Origin: Dimorphilus gyrociliatus
Lineage: Eukaryota; Animalia; Annelida
NCBI GenBank assembly: GCA_904063045.1
Contig: CAJFCJ010000034.1
Coordinates: 1-64,000 of the forward strand
DNA length: 64,000 bases
Direction of reading: 5' to 3'
Position numbers and translations under genes: made by a program. Of the stretch, positions 62,620 through 64,000 are shown piece by piece. A model generated the notes under the pieces. It ran no database searches. It saw nothing but the letters and a program-made list of their open reading frames with translations, and was not told where the DNA came from. Numbering within the stretch: the stretch's first letter is position 1; the number at the start of each line of letters is the position of its first letter.

Positions 62620-64000
62620 ATGTAATAAACTAACCTCTGTGTGTCAGCTTTAAGCATAATATGGTTTATATGTTTCTTAAATTTCGAATAATAGGGAAAT
62701 GATAAAAAAGTATAGAATGGAATAATTTGAAAGATTAAGGTTCTATAGCCAATATTATTTCTTAACGATACATTTTCTATTCTTACTGTTAATGAACATT
62801 AAAATATATCTATCTATATATATATATATATATACATATAAATTGATCTATATATATAACAATTTACTCAATAAAATCAAAGTAGTGAACAGGAGAAAGA
62901 AGGAAATGATACGTAATTCATCTCTTGTTATTTCGTACTTGTTCTTCTTAAATATGAAATTTAATACAAATAAAGATATAAATAATAAAGATAGTAAACT
63001 ATAAAGAATTATGATAAAATAGTATTTCGATTCAAAAGTTATTCTATCAATAAAAAATATATTACACTTTATAATAAACCATTCATTTTTCTATGAAAAA
63101 ATGTTATAAACAGTAATTTTGATGTATTTCTTGGAATTTTAATAAAAAAAAACTCACTTTAATTGTTAAAAGTGGTATTAATAATATAAATATTAATAAA
63201 TTCAATACAATCATTACAATCGTTTTTAAAAATAAACTATTTCTCTTTTTCAATATATTTAATTTCAACAATGGTTTTATAATGTTATATAGGCCGATAA
63301 ATAATGAAAATCCAATTCCAATTGAATTAAATATTCCAGATATTTGGCAAATACTACCATATTTTAGATATATATACTTTATCTCAGAGGCTTTTACTAT
63401 TTTTAGATTGTTAATAACAATTAAAACGTTACTAAAAACTAGTGAAAAATCACATAAGAAATTCAATATATTAAAACCGTTAAAGTCTCTTTTCCAAATA
63501 AAGTGGATAAGGATATCGACTATCCATAATATATAAATCAATAATCCACTTAAGAGTATGAAATATTGATATATTGGATGTGAAATTAGTTCTCCACAAC
63601 TGTAAGAAGTTTTAAAAGTTGATTTACAGTTAACATTACTTTTACTTTCACCAATTATGCAACATATATCGTATTCGTTTACTTTTAATTCTTGAAGAGA
63701 ATTAAGCGTAAGAAAAAAATCGGAAATAATTTGAATATTGTCATGTTTTATTCGGTCTAGATGAAGAACCTTTAGCTTTTGGTTTTCTTTAGATTTAAGA
63801 TTTTTTAATAAAATTACATTAAGTTGACTTAAAATTAAAGTTTTGATAATTGTCCCTTTATCGAAGAGAAATTCAATAAAATCTTCTTTCGCTTCTACAT
63901 GTTTTAGTTCAAGATAAATAAGAGATTTAAAATGTGGAAGAGATTGAAAACTAAAATTATGAATATAACGAAAATTTAATTGTAAATGTTGAATTCTGTT
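62620..64000 (-). CDS. Divergent LRR-7TM receptor G3, 5' part outside the window
   Basis: Frame open from 64000 through LRRs and the hinge (DICC...C...SCGELI) into TM1-4 (63104-63541). Further hydrophobic exons at ~62870-63050 and ~62620-62790. Confidence 0.65.
62810..62860. repeat. (TA)n microsatellite in an intron
   Basis: Direct reading. Confidence 0.8.

Overview
AT-rich animal (invertebrate, probably lophotrochozoan; inferred from very short introns and the gene families present) genomic window with one 643-nt N gap (3888-4530). Positions 8.6-52.8 kb hold an array of six apparently intact, secreted M12B/ADAMTS-like zinc metalloprotease genes plus a seventh relic (P1-P7). Their architecture is signal-prodomain-reprolysin-Cys-rich-PLAC-like-EGF-Thr linker-PLAC-like, with no TSP1 repeat. 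The array is interleaved with three defective BEL/Pao LTR retrotransposons, a solo LTR, a lone gag remnant, two damaged lectin/LDLa/LRR GPCR genes and a type II SEA-domain gene. A ~6.3 kb BEL+protease block is present twice in inverted orientation. The left edge holds a Mutator (MULE) element. The right end is ordinary gene space: a GNAT acetyltransferase, a peptide-type GPCR, an ABCC transporter, three tRNAs and a third LRR-GPCR. The most striking signal is that the long protease coding exons are near-identical and carry mosaic SNP patterns while their promoters, signal exons and 3' flanks are clearly diverged. This points to ongoing gene conversion confined to the coding exon, with assembly chimerism as the main alternative. 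No prokaryotic or CRISPR system is present.
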